37,484 nucleotides of DNA from a virus (lineage: Duplodnaviria; Caudoviricetes): the IMG/VR virus record IMGVR_UViG_3300044840_000113, positions 1 through 37,484 of that record; one strand, given 5' to 3'. Within the stretch, counting starts at the first letter, position 1. Every line of letters starts with the position of its first letter. Positions 15,866 to 25,183 of this stretch are shown one piece after another. The notes beneath the pieces were generated by a model. The model saw nothing but the letters and a program-made list of their open reading frames with translations, had not been told where the DNA came from and ran no database searches. Made by a program: the position numbers and the translations under genes.

Positions 15866-18610
15866 TCAGCGCCCCAGTCCTAGGTAGACGGGCTGTGCCA
15901 CGTTGACCTGCTCACCGGCGCTGTGGGCCTTCACGACGGTGTTGACCGATCGTGTGACCGAGGAGAATGTCTGGGGGCTCGATGTGCCGGAGATCGCGCC
16001 GACGGACATGACTTCGCCACCCATTTTGATCAGCACCGGCCAGTCACCCGCATTGGTTGTCCACAGTGTCCCGTCGCCGATGTCCACCTGGAATGTGGTG
16101 ACGCTGGAGTTGATGCCGGCGTGCAGGGTGGTGGTGTCGGAGTCCGCCCGGCCGAGCACCGGGTCGTCGAGGGTGAGGATGTCGTACGGGCTCCCCGGGA
16201 CACAGTTGAACACGAGGTCCAGCAGTGCCGGCATACCGAGCGAGTAGGTCTCGCTGTAGCCGCGTGTGAGCAGCGGCAGCGAGTCCGGTGTGATGCCGGT
16301 GGCGACGATTTTGTTCGGCATGGTGACCGCGAGCGCGGCGAGGTACATCGCCCGTTTGGCGGCGCTGGGCGGGTGCACGAACTTCAGTGGCAGCGCGGGG
16401 TAGCGGGCCGCGTCGACGGTGCCCAGGTGCAGCAACCAGCCGGCCAGGTCGCCCAGTTGGCCGTCGCTGTTGGGGTTCAGGGTGGGTCCGATGGGGTAGT
16501 CGCCGATGCCGCCCTGGCCGGCCGGGAGTGTCGACATGCGTCCGGTGGTCAGTACGGCGGTGGCCGACGAGCCGCCCTGGCGGGTGACGGTGACGTCGTT
16601 GTGGGTCTGCTGGTCGTCGTCGGTGGGTTGCGGCGGGCTGGCCAGCTGGGTGACGTCGACGGTGAGGGTGGCGGCCTGGTTGTAGTGCGGTCCCATGCCG
16701 ATGTAGAGCAGCCCGGCGCGGCCGCGGGTCTCGCACAACTGTCCCATGTCGACGGCGGCCGCCTCGGTGAGCAGGCCCACCAGCGTGTTGATGGTCTGCG
16801 GCCCCATCAGCGCCGGCGCGATTGAGTCGGACATGAAGTCGAACTGCACTGTGTTCTCGCTGCACAGCCGGATCATGCGGTCGATGGCCGTTTCGCCGGC
16901 GTAGGCGTTGAACTGGGTGGAGAGGTCGAAGATGTTGGTGACCTGGGACTCGACGGTGACCTGTCCGAACGCGAAGCTGCCGCACTGGCTGAACGGGTTG
17001 ATCGACACACCGATGACGTTGCCTCCTGTCTGGCCAGTGATGGTGTCGTTCCAGTTGGCCGCGCCCTGGCCGGAACCGAGCGGCAGGGTGGAGAAGGTGA
17101 TCGCGATGTTGCCGCCGGATTGGGTGGCCTGCAACGACAACCGGAACGCGGTGTTGTTGATGGTGAACGCGATTGTCTGGTTGTAGATCGCCGTGCCGGC
17201 CTGGTTGTACACGGTGAGGTTGAGGCCGCCACCGGTGGTGAACGACAGGTCCCAGGTGGCGGCGGTGCCGGTGGTGGTGACTCGTTTCATGATCGATCCG
17301 TTGACGCCGTTGGCGGCGAACACCAGTTCCCGCACCTGCCATGCCCCGGTCGCCGCGTAGGGCGGGACGGTGCCCGTCAGGGTCGAGGTGGTCGCGGCCG
17401 CGGCCATGGTGGGTATCGGCGCCGAGGACGGGAATCCGGTGTAGGAGGCCAGTTGTGGTGCCCCGATGATGGCCATGGGTGCGCCGCCGGGCAGGCCGGA
17501 GGCGATGAACGTGGCGTTCGCGCCGTCCTCGCAGGGCCAGTACGCCACCAGCGACGTGCCCAGGGTCGGAATGGACCGGCGCAGCGTGGACTTGAGTACC
17601 GCGCTGCTGGGCTGGCTCAGGCGCCGCAGCGGACCGGCCGCGGCGACCTTGACGAACCGGTCTTGGTTGGTCTGGTCGGCGCCCTGCACCCAGCCGCCGA
17701 CCTCGCCGGCGAACCGCGGCACCGACACGACCAGGTTGTCGTACTGGGACACCACCGGCAGGGCGTTGGTGTTGCCGGTCGCGATCCCGGACCGCACGCC
17801 GACACTGCCGGCGATACTGGCCTGGGGCTTGCCCAACTGGATGTAGTTCCCGGCCACCTGCCAGTCGTACGGTTCGGGCAGGGCGGCGTCCCAGACCTTC
17901 GCGCGGATCGACTGGCCCTCGGCCTGGGCCCGCACGCGCAGGGTGTTCCCGCCGGTGTGGGTGAGGCCGGTGACGGCGACGGCGGCCGCGAGGACGGTCC
18001 CGTCGACGTAGTTGATTCCGATGTGGACCTGTTGGGCCGTGTCGATCGTGACCTGGGCGAAGTAGTAGGCGCTCGACGAGGTGTACCGCAGGACGATGTC
18101 GCCGGCCTCGATGACGCCGCCGGTGACGGCGGTGCCGGGCAGCACGAGGCAGTCCACCCGGACGTCGACGTCGAGGTAGTTCTCGCCGGTGATGACGTCC
18201 AGCCGGTAGGCGTTGGCCACCGGGACGCTGTGCTGGCCGAAGCCGCCGGAGACGAACGTGTCGGTGGGGTTGACCGTGCCGCCGACGCCGAACGCTGTCC
18301 ACGCCAGTCCGCCCGGTGTCGATCCCCAGCCGGAGGCGACGGTGCGGGTGAAGTTGTCGGTCAGGGTGGTGAGCGTGATCCGGGCCGGCGTGTTCTTCCC
18401 GATCTGGCCGTAGTACAGGCCGGTCGGGTTGCGCGGATCCCAGTTGTTGCCGACCCGGTTGTTCAGGGTGAACGCGGCCGTCGACGGGGCCGCCGAGGTG
18501 GACTCGTCGCTGGTGCCGCGGGCGATGGCGACGTTGTCGCGGGTGTAGACGCTGCCGGCGACCCACCCGGTGGCCGGCCCGGTGTACAGCTCGACGGCCA
18601 GATCGCTCAT
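15866..18610 (-). CDS. Large minor tail / baseplate protein with LamG-like region
   Basis: 914 aa directly after the tape measure; FTLNN...DPRNP..Y, AYWPCEDG and VTRSVN..VKAH motifs. Confidence 0.85.
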   Translation of the reverse strand: MSDLAVELYTGPATGWVAGSVYTRDNVAIARGTSDESTSAAPSTAAFTLNNRVGNNWDPRNPTGLYYGQIGKNTPARITLTTLTDNFTRTVASGWGSTPGGLAWTAFGVGGTVNPTDTFVSGGFGQHSVPVANAYRLDVITGENYLDVDVRVDCLVLPGTAVTGGVIEAGDIVLRYTSSSAYYFAQVTIDTAQQVHIGINYVDGTVLAAAVAVTGLTHTGGNTLRVRAQAEGQSIRAKVWDAALPEPYDWQVAGNYIQLGKPQASIAGSVGVRSGIATGNTNALPVVSQYDNLVVSVPRFAGEVGGWVQGADQTNQDRFVKVAAAGPLRRLSQPSSAVLKSTLRRSIPTLGTSLVAYWPCEDGANATFIASGLPGGAPMAIIGAPQLASYTGFPSSAPIPTMAAAATTSTLTGTVPPYAATGAWQVRELVFAANGVNGSIMKRVTTTGTAATWDLSFTTGGGLNLTVYNQAGTAIYNQTIAFTINNTAFRLSLQATQSGGNIAITFSTLPLGSGQGAANWNDTITGQTGGNVIGVSINPFSQCGSFAFGQVTVESQVTNIFDLSTQFNAYAGETAIDRMIRLCSENTVQFDFMSDSIAPALMGPQTINTLVGLLTEAAAVDMGQLCETRGRAGLLYIGMGPHYNQAATLTVDVTQLASPPQPTDDDQQTHNDVTVTRQGGSSATAVLTTGRMSTLPAGQGGIGDYPIGPTLNPNSDGQLGDLAGWLLHLGTVDAARYPALPLKFVHPPSAAKRAMYLAALAVTMPNKIVATGITPDSLPLLTRGYSETYSLGMPALLDLVFNCVPGSPYDILTLDDPVLGRADSDTTTLHAGINSSVTTFQVDIGDGTLWTTNAGDWPVLIKMGGEVMSVGAISGTSSPQTFSSVTRSVNTVVKAHSAGEQVNVAQPVYLGLGR

Positions 18611-20793
18611 GGACCGAACACCACCGGGTTACCTCCTCGCACACGGACGACTTGCTTGAGCCACGTGATGAACATGGCGTCCAGTCGGTTGCCGCCGGGC
18701 AGGATCTGGAACACCGTCCCGCCACCGCTTCCGCCGCCGGCCGGTTGGCTGCCGTGCGGGAACACCGCCGCGCCCTTGGGAAGCGCAACGGTCTCCGCGC
18801 CGCGCTCGCCGACCCGCGCCAGGCCACCGGCGGTCGTCAGGCCACCAGCCGCGAGGTAGGGCACGTGCGGGATCGCGGGGATGGCTGGGATTCCTGCCCA
18901 GCTCCACACATCCGAGAGGCCACGGGTGAGCTGGTTGATCCGGTCGACCATCCAGTTGATCCCGTGGATCACACCGTTCACGGCGCCCTTGAGGCCGGAG
19001 CCGAGCCAGTCCCACAAATGCACGCCGATGCTGGCCGCGCCCCGGAGGATGCGGACGATCTCGTCCCAGATCCCGCCGAAGTAGTCCCGGATGCCTTTCC
19101 ATGCCAGCGACCAGTTGCCGGTGATCAGGCCAACGATCACCTCGATAGTGCCCTGCATGGTCCGCATTTGGTCGGCGATGAACGGGGCGATGAAGCCGAA
19201 CACCGCGCGGATCACCGCGGCGAGCACGTTGACCACTGGAATGAGTATCGCCGAAATGAGATTGATCAGCGGCAGAAAGATTGGCACCAATTGCGCTACC
19301 GACTGCGCGGCCTGAAGGATGATCGGTATCAGCGCCTGGATAATGCTGAGCAGCGGCGGCAGCAACGCCGACACCAATTTCATGATGGGCGGCAGGAAAG
19401 GCAGCAGCGCCTTGACGATGGCCAGGAACGCCGGGGACAGCGCGGTCAGCACCGTCAGCAGCGACTGGCCGAGCATGGTGGCCATGTCGCCCAGCACCGG
19501 CAGCAACGGCACTACCGCGGCCAGGATCGCGGACAGGCCGTTCGCGATCAGGTCCTCGAGTGCGGACATGATCTGCCCGACGATCGGCACCAGGTCGACC
19601 AGGATCGGGGCCAAGCCGCCGACGAGCTGGGCGATGATCTGCGCGAACACCGGCACCAGCGACGTGAACGGGCCCAGCAGCGACACCAGCGACGGGACCA
19701 GTGGGCCGATCGCGTCGAGGATCTTCACGAACATCGGCGCGATCATGGTGATCACGTCAGACAGCTGGGTGCCCAGCGACATCACCACCGGCGCCACCGC
19801 CTGCAGCAGCCGGCCGAACGCCGCGACCACCGGCGCCAGGGCAGGCAGCAGCGAGGAGATCACCGGGCCGAGGAACTGAAACAGCGGGATCAACGCGCCG
19901 GCGAGCACCGAGATGATCTGCTGCAGGATGGGCATCAGGGCGGCGAGGATCGGGCCGCCCGCCTGGGCCAGGGCGCTGATGATCTGGCCGAGGACCGGCA
20001 GGATGTTGGCCAGCCCGGAGAACAGGGCACCCAGTCCCTGGGCGGCGCCCTGCGCGCCGGTGGTGAGTGCCTTGAAGAAGTTGGCCAGCCCACCGCCAAG
20101 CGCGGACAGCCCGGACGACAGGGCCTGCACGATCGGCATCGCGGACTGCAGCGCGGCGGTGATGCCGGGCATCAGGTTCTGGATCAGCCCGATGACGCCG
20201 CCGACCAGCGGCTGGATCATCGGGGCGACCAGGGAGAAGACCTGTTTGATCTGGGGCAGCATCTGGTCGAACGCCGCGCCGGCCTGGTGGGCGACACCGA
20301 TGACCTGGGTGACGATCGGCTTCAGCGCCGATTGCATCCCGGTCTGGATGTGCGCGCCGAGCTGCTTGAACGCGGCGTCGACCTGTGCGTTGTTCTTGAC
20401 CAGGGCGACGCCGATCGCGGCGATGGCCAGGGGTACCGCGGCCAGCGCGCCGCCGGCGACGAGCGACCCGGCCGCCGCGGCCGCGCCCATGATCCCGAAC
20501 TTCTTCGCTAGGTCGAGCAAGCCGGTTCCGCTGCCGGTCGCCTGGGACTGGATGAAGCCGCCCAGCCATTGCATGACGACGCCGACACCCCGCAGTTGGG
20601 CGGTGGATTTGTTGGCGAAGCCCTTGCCGGCCGCGTCGCCTTCGGCGACGAACTTGCCTTCCAGGTCGTGCAGCCGGCCGGCTGCGTCGCGGGAGAACCC
20701 GTCCAGTTCGGCCTTCGACGCGCTCAATCCAGCGGTGAGACCGGATTTGTCGAGCCGGAGATAGCCGACGAGATCCGCGACGGTGAGCGACAT
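18607..20793 (-). CDS. Tape measure protein
   Basis: A/L/I/P-rich repeated amphipathic helices, GNWSLAW motif and C-terminal LAAGG...VGERGAE; follows the chaperones. Confidence 0.93.
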   Translation of the reverse strand: MSLTVADLVGYLRLDKSGLTAGLSASKAELDGFSRDAAGRLHDLEGKFVAEGDAAGKGFANKSTAQLRGVGVVMQWLGGFIQSQATGSGTGLLDLAKKFGIMGAAAAAGSLVAGGALAAVPLAIAAIGVALVKNNAQVDAAFKQLGAHIQTGMQSALKPIVTQVIGVAHQAGAAFDQMLPQIKQVFSLVAPMIQPLVGGVIGLIQNLMPGITAALQSAMPIVQALSSGLSALGGGLANFFKALTTGAQGAAQGLGALFSGLANILPVLGQIISALAQAGGPILAALMPILQQIISVLAGALIPLFQFLGPVISSLLPALAPVVAAFGRLLQAVAPVVMSLGTQLSDVITMIAPMFVKILDAIGPLVPSLVSLLGPFTSLVPVFAQIIAQLVGGLAPILVDLVPIVGQIMSALEDLIANGLSAILAAVVPLLPVLGDMATMLGQSLLTVLTALSPAFLAIVKALLPFLPPIMKLVSALLPPLLSIIQALIPIILQAAQSVAQLVPIFLPLINLISAILIPVVNVLAAVIRAVFGFIAPFIADQMRTMQGTIEVIVGLITGNWSLAWKGIRDYFGGIWDEIVRILRGAASIGVHLWDWLGSGLKGAVNGVIHGINWMVDRINQLTRGLSDVWSWAGIPAIPAIPHVPYLAAGGLTTAGGLARVGERGAETVALPKGAAVFPHGSQPAGGGSGGGTVFQILPGGNRLDAMFITWLKQVVRVRGGNPVVFGP

Positions 20794-20823
20794 CGACTCA
20801 CCGCCCTCGCGCTATTCAGTTGG

Positions 20824-21087
20824 TTACATCATGTTGAGCCAGTCCTGGGCGGCCTGGCCGGTGAGCGTGGGCGGTTCATTGGCGACGGTGATGCGCCACC
20901 GGGATTGGTCGGATAGGCCGGTCAGGTACCACGCGAATTGCCGGCTGGTCAGGTCGCCGATTTGCGGCGGCGTGAGGTCGTATTCGCGGCGGAAGTCCGC
21001 GACGATGAGGGCCCAGTGCTCACGGACTTGCCGGTGCCAGAGGAGACCCGTCGGTCCGCGCGGTTGGGCACCGGCTGGGCTTTTCCC
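20824..21087 (-). CDS. Tail assembly chaperone, -1 frameshift extension (gpGT-like)
   Basis: Frame opens at the slippery site; HWALIVADFRREY...GLSDQSRW is typical of the second chaperone domain. Confidence 0.8.
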   Translation of the reverse strand, partial: GKSPAGAQPRGPTGLLWHRQVREHWALIVADFRREYDLTPPQIGDLTSRQFAWYLTGLSDQSRWRITVANEPPTLTGQAAQDWLNMM

Positions 21088-21467
21088 GCCTCGTCGGCCT
21101 CCGCTTGGGCGGCCAGTTCCGTCGCCCGTTCGAAGGTGCACGGTGTGCCGGAGCCATTGGCGATGCCCCAGGCCAGGACGACCTTCATCATCTGGGCCGT
21201 GAGGCCGTTGGCGATCCAGGCATCCAGGTGGTCAGCTCCGAACAGTTCGGCCAACAGTCCGCGCAATTCGGCCGGGTCCTGTGTGTCCTGCATTTGCGCG
21301 GCCATCGTCTCGACCCGCAGCGGCATGTCGGTGGGGACGACGACCTCGACACCCAGGATCCGGATCGTTTCCGGTGCGGCCGCGGCCTGCTGAGTGCGCC
21401 AGAACGCGAGGAAGTCGTCCTGGTCCAGCTCGGACTCGCCGGTGAGTGCCCTGTCTTCGGGGGTCAC
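20949..21467 (-). CDS. Tail assembly chaperone (gpG-like)
   Basis: GTGA overlap with the major tail gene; lies between major tail and tape measure. Confidence 0.82.
   Translation of the reverse strand: MTPEDRALTGESELDQDDFLAFWRTQQAAAAPETIRILGVEVVVPTDMPLRVETMAAQMQDTQDPAELRGLLAELFGADHLDAWIANGLTAQMMKVVLAWGIANGSGTPCTFERATELAAQAEADEAGKAQPVPNRADRRVSSGTGKSVSTGPSSSRTSAANTTSRRRKSAT
21081..21087 (-). other. Programmed -1 ribosomal frameshift slippery site G GGA AAA
   Basis: Minus strand reads gcG GGA AAA gcc in the chaperone frame (A-G-K). The -1 frame is the 20824 ORF (GKSPAG...). Confidence 0.85.
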
Positions 21468-21919
21468 GGTGCGGTGGTGAGGGTCGTCGCCGCGGACCGG
21501 GTGATCTTGGCCCCCCAGCTGGTCTCGTCGTTGTTCTTGCCGCCCAGCGGACTGGGCTCGACGGTGCACGTCCAGACGCGCCACTGCGGATCCGCGGCGC
21601 CGAACCGGAACCGTGCGGTGCCCGCGGAGGCCTCACCGGTCTGGGCGCCGAGGAAGTCGACCCGGGCCTGCCCGGCGTCCAGCGCGCCGGTCACCGTGTC
21701 GGCCAGGCGCAGGCCGGCGAGGGTGATCATCGCGCCGCGCTGCATGACGCGCTGCTCGTAGCTGCCACCGGAGTCGAAGGTGGTGGTGTCGGCGACCGCG
21801 CTGTTGGCGCTCGGGTCGGCCGAGAAGTCGCTGAGGCCACCGACCGCGAGCCAGGTGACGCCGTCGGCGGCCTGGATCTGGAAGATGATGTTGCGTGCCG
21901 GGAGCTTGGCCACGGCCAT
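21464..21919 (-). CDS. Major tail (tube) protein
   Basis: ADTTTFDS.G, DAGQ and GG.NND.TSW motifs; located after the tail terminator. Confidence 0.85.
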   Translation of the reverse strand: MAVAKLPARNIIFQIQAADGVTWLAVGGLSDFSADPSANSAVADTTTFDSGGSYEQRVMQRGAMITLAGLRLADTVTGALDAGQARVDFLGAQTGEASAGTARFRFGAADPQWRVWTCTVEPSPLGGKNNDETSWGAKITRSAATTLTTAP

Positions 21920-21928
21920 GAGGTTCTC

Positions 21929-22357
21929 CTATTCCCGCCCGCCGGCGGTGTTGCGGACGTGCATCCGGAAATTGACGGTGTACTCGTGCCGGCCGGACAG
22001 GTCCCGCCCGATGTAGGCAGGGCCGCCCTGGGTGCCCACACAGGACACCAGCCAGATCCCGCCGGGCAGTGTGGTGCTGGACAGGCCGTGCAGGGCGTCG
22101 TAGACGCGCTGGGCGGTGTGCAGGGCGTCGGTGGCGTCGGTGTCCAGACCGCGCACCCGGACCTGGATGGAGGGCTGGTCGTAGCCCAGTTTCGCGTCGG
22201 ACTCGATGCCGCCGTACTGGGCGACCGCGATCGCCTGGACCGGCTGCTCGGGCAGCGCGGCCAGGAAGATCGTGCCGGTGACGTCGTTCAGGGCATACAC
22301 GCCGATCTCGAGCTGGCCGAGCAGCGCGGCTACCTGTTCGATCAGGGTCGGGGTCAC
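21929..22357 (-). CDS. Tail terminator (minor capsid 3-like)
   Basis: PSIQVRVRG...VYDALHGL and GRD..GRHEYTVNF motifs. Confidence 0.85.
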   Translation of the reverse strand: MTPTLIEQVAALLGQLEIGVYALNDVTGTIFLAALPEQPVQAIAVAQYGGIESDAKLGYDQPSIQVRVRGLDTDATDALHTAQRVYDALHGLSSTTLPGGIWLVSCVGTQGGPAYIGRDLSGRHEYTVNFRMHVRNTAGGRE

Positions 22358-22373
22358 TGCATCGGTCGCCCCC

Positions 22374-22745
22374 TCATGCCTCGTTGGCCCGGCGGATCGT
22401 CTCGGCCACGATCTGCGCCAGGGTGTCGCTCTTCTCCAGCATCGGGCCCTCGAGGAACTTCGCGGTGCGCCCGTTCGCGTGCCGCAGGGTCAGGTCTTCG
22501 TGCTGGCGTACCGCGTAGTCGTAGTCGTCCTTGTCGTTACGCGCGGAGTAGCCGACCATGCCGATCAGGTCGTGATCGTCCACATCGGCCCGACCCGAGC
22601 GCATCAGCGTGCCCTCCTCGATGGGCACCAGCTCGGTGGAGACACTCAGGAGGTACTCCATCGCCAACCCGAGGCCATGCCGGGCGGCCTCGGTGTTGAT
22701 GTCCTCGACCTTGTCGCCGAACCAGTCGACGTGCACCTCGGCCAC
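22374..22745 (-). CDS. Neck / tail-completion protein (HK97 gp10-like)
   Basis: VPIEEGTLMRSG, YAVRQHE and AKFLE motifs. Confidence 0.85.
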   Translation of the reverse strand: MAEVHVDWFGDKVEDINTEAARHGLGLAMEYLLSVSTELVPIEEGTLMRSGRADVDDHDLIGMVGYSARNDKDDYDYAVRQHEDLTLRHANGRTAKFLEGPMLEKSDTLAQIVAETIRRANEA

Positions 22746-22758
22746 GCGCCACCGCCAG

Positions 22759-23073
22759 TCAGGTCAGGTACAGCTGGACGTGGTCGGGCGTCGGCAGGAA
22801 GCCGCCGTCGGCATTGTCCAGGGTGATCACGGTGGCGGACTTGCCATTCACCGTGACCCGGGAATGCACCGGCGCGACCACGCCAGGGCGACAGAAGACC
22901 TGCGTCGAGGAGATCACCTGGTCCTGGTCGGCGCCCCGGACGAGCTTGCGCTTCTCGACCGCGAAACACCGGACGGTGACCGGTGTGCCGTACTGCGGCC
23001 CTTTCGCCGAGGTCCCCAGGTACGGCTCGATGATCGCCCTGTGCTGCAACAGGAACCTCGGGATCAGGGCCAT
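22759..23073 (-). CDS. Head-to-tail stopper (head closure)
   Basis: EPYLG...YG.P, RKLVR and SRVT motifs; ATG at 23073. Confidence 0.8.
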   Translation of the reverse strand: MALIPRFLLQHRAIIEPYLGTSAKGPQYGTPVTVRCFAVEKRKLVRGADQDQVISSTQVFCRPGVVAPVHSRVTVNGKSATVITLDNADGGFLPTPDHVQLYLT

Positions 23074-23513
23074 GCCTGCTCCCACGGGTAGATCTGGGCG
23101 ACAGTGTTCGGTCGGGCCTGGCACATCTCCAGCTCGATCAGGGCCTGCGGCGCGAGCTGCACGCCGGTGACGGTGGTGGTGTCACCGCGGCCGCCGCGGG
23201 CCAGGGTGACGCCGCCGATGCTGACGTTCGCGAACGAGCCGGCGATGCCCAGCTCGTCGCTGGTTTCCAGCCACCACACCACCTGCGCGCAGGTGGCCCG
23301 CTTGAACCCGGTGATGAACGGTTCCGTGCTGGGCAGCCCGGTGTTGTCGGTCTGGTAGATCGCCGTCTTCGTGGCCTTGTAGATCGTCATCGACGCGCTC
23401 GTCAGGATCCGGGTTGCCTCTGTCCCGGCCGGCAGCTCCGACTGGATCTCGGCGGGCGCGTAGGCCGTCAGGTCGGCCAGTGTGGCGTAGATCGGGACGA
23501 ACGCGCTGGTCAC
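23064..23513 (-). CDS. Head-to-tail adaptor
   Basis: YAT.ADL, ATCAQV.WW and VSIG.V.L motifs. Confidence 0.85.
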   Translation of the reverse strand: MTSAFVPIYATLADLTAYAPAEIQSELPAGTEATRILTSASMTIYKATKTAIYQTDNTGLPSTEPFITGFKRATCAQVVWWLETSDELGIAGSFANVSIGGVTLARGGRGDTTTVTGVQLAPQALIELEMCQARPNTVAQIYPWEQAWP

Positions 23514-23516
23514 CGA

Positions 23517-23864
23517 TCAGCCCTGCAGGACGTAGGCGAGGATCGCGGCGCCGGTCGCGCTGTAGTCGACGTAGACGTTCTGGTCGGCCTGCAGCTCGGT
23601 GGAGGCTTCGTTGATGCACTGGTATGCGCCGATGGCGACGGTAACGACCTTGTCCGCGACCGCGGTGCCGTCGACGAGCTTGCTGCCCGTGGTGGCCCTG
23701 ACGGTGACGGTGATCGAGCCGGCCGAGCCGTTGTTCACGATCAGCTTGTTGGCGCCGCCGGCGTAGGCGAACTGCTCGCCGTTGGCCGCGTCGACCTGCC
23801 ACGGGACGATGGCGATGTTGGGCTGGGTCTTGGCGTTGACGGCGGTACGCGCGGTGCGTGCCAT
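23517..23864 (-). CDS. Hypothetical virion protein (beta-rich, possible decoration protein)
   Basis: LIVNNGSAGSITVTV...VYVDYS; GGAGG RBS; located in the head gene block. Confidence 0.7.
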   Translation of the reverse strand: MARTARTAVNAKTQPNIAIVPWQVDAANGEQFAYAGGANKLIVNNGSAGSITVTVRATTGSKLVDGTAVADKVVTVAIGAYQCINEASTELQADQNVYVDYSATGAAILAYVLQG

Positions 23865-23865
23865 G

Positions 23866-24162
23866 TCAGACCTCCTCGGTCTTCAGGTCGTCGTGGGCGA
23901 ACGGTTGGTCGTGGCGGTCAGCGCCGAGCGCAGCGCCGGTGGCCGCAGCCTGTTCGGCCGAGATCAAGCCGCCGGTGGCGAGCGGCGCGTCGACGGGCTT
24001 GCTGACGGCGGCCTGGTGCTCGTCGACCAGGTGCCAGGGGATGCCGTCGGCGGCCGCGAGTGCGGCCATCTGCTCGTCGTAGCCGGACGGGTGACCGGCC
24101 GGCAGGGTGACAGTGCGCTCGAGGACCGTGCCGTCGTCGGCGCGCTTCTCGTAGGTGGGCAT
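23866..24162 (-). CDS. Hypothetical protein
   Basis: AGGAG RBS before ATG 24162; 98 aa. Confidence 0.7.
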   Translation of the reverse strand: MPTYEKRADDGTVLERTVTLPAGHPSGYDEQMAALAAADGIPWHLVDEHQAAVSKPVDAPLATGGLISAEQAAATGAALGADRHDQPFAHDDLKTEEV

Positions 24163-24181
24163 GTGACTCCTGTTCAGCGCA

Positions 24182-24216
24182 GTCCGCCCGGCCGGCGAGT
24201 ATCCAGTCGGGCGGAC
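24182..24216 (-). terminator. GC-rich stem-loop after the capsid gene block (possible terminator or processing site)
   Basis: GTCCGCCCG / CGGGCGGAC arms in an intergenic gap; no clear U tail. Confidence 0.4.
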
Positions 24217-24238
24217 CGCGGTTCGAGGGGTGGGTGGA

Positions 24239-24814
24239 TCAGGTCGCGACGACGAGCGGCAACTGCCGCGCCGCGGCGGGCGCGGCCAGGGTCGCGGTCG
24301 CCGTGGCAGCCAGCGCCGAGCCGGACGTCTGGCCCAGCACCGGCTCGCCGGTGACGAGGGCCTTCGCACCGCGCGAGCCGATGAGGCTGGGCACAGTGGT
24401 CGCGGCGACCATGCACGCGGCGTAGTAGACGCCGGTGGACACGATCGTGACCGGCGCGGACAGCGCGAGGGTCTTCCACGTGTCTGCCGCCCAGGCCGCG
24501 GCGACCTGGTCGGCGGTCTGCGCCAGCAGGGCCGGCGTGGCCGCGCTGGAGTACAGCGCGAACCACCAGTGCGTCAGGGTCGCGGCCGCCGTCGCTCCAC
24601 TGAGGAACGACAGGTTGGTGACCTTGTCGCCGGCGCGCAGCCACAGCGGCACCGCGGTCATGACGCCGGTGGCCAAGGACTCCAGCACGTCGTCGAGCGG
24701 GTACCGCGGCAGGTTGCTGCGGTAGAAAACCTGGGTCGGGTCGACCGGCGGTGCGCTGTTGAGGTAGCCCACGGTGTCGCGCATGACACCGTTGTAGAGG
24801 CCGAGCTGGCTCAT
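24239..24814 (-). CDS. Hypothetical virion protein (possible capsid decoration/fibre)
   Basis: Ala/Thr-rich beta protein two genes after the major capsid gene; ATGA overlap. Confidence 0.7.
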   Translation of the reverse strand: MSQLGLYNGVMRDTVGYLNSAPPVDPTQVFYRSNLPRYPLDDVLESLATGVMTAVPLWLRAGDKVTNLSFLSGATAAATLTHWWFALYSSAATPALLAQTADQVAAAWAADTWKTLALSAPVTIVSTGVYYAACMVAATTVPSLIGSRGAKALVTGEPVLGQTSGSALAATATATLAAPAAARQLPLVVAT

Positions 24815-25182
24815 GCCTTCGGTCCTTCCTGGCCGAGCTGCACGGCCATCTCCTTGAGCTGGTCACGTGTTGCGGTGCCGAGCGCGGCGACCTGGTCGTC
24901 GGTGAGCCGGCCCTTGCCGATGGCCAGCACGTGCTCGCGCCATGCCTCGGTCGTGGCGTTGCCCGGTGGCGGGGTGGCCGGGTTGTTGTCGTCGTCGGGC
25001 ACGCCGTCGGCCTGGCCCTCGTCGACCGCCTGGGTGTCGGTGATCGAGTAGCCGTTGCTCTCGCAGTACTGGCTCAGCCAGTACGGGACCTCGTCGAGTT
25101 CGGCCTTGCCCTGGTGGAAGTGGACATCGCCCAGGTCGGTCGACGCGTTCGCGACGGGCGTCTGGATCAGGTATCGGGGCAT
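24811..25182 (-). CDS. Hypothetical head-region protein
   Basis: Follows the major capsid gene; C-terminal P.GNAT.EAW...TRDQL motif is common in small phage head proteins. Confidence 0.75.
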   Translation of the reverse strand: MPRYLIQTPVANASTDLGDVHFHQGKAELDEVPYWLSQYCESNGYSITDTQAVDEGQADGVPDDDNNPATPPPGNATTEAWREHVLAIGKGRLTDDQVAALGTATRDQLKEMAVQLGQEGPKA

Positions 25183-25183
25183 G

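Noticed and set aside
19100-20400. Repetitive sequence in the tape measure gene
   Set aside because: Ordinary amphipathic helical repeats of tape measure proteins.
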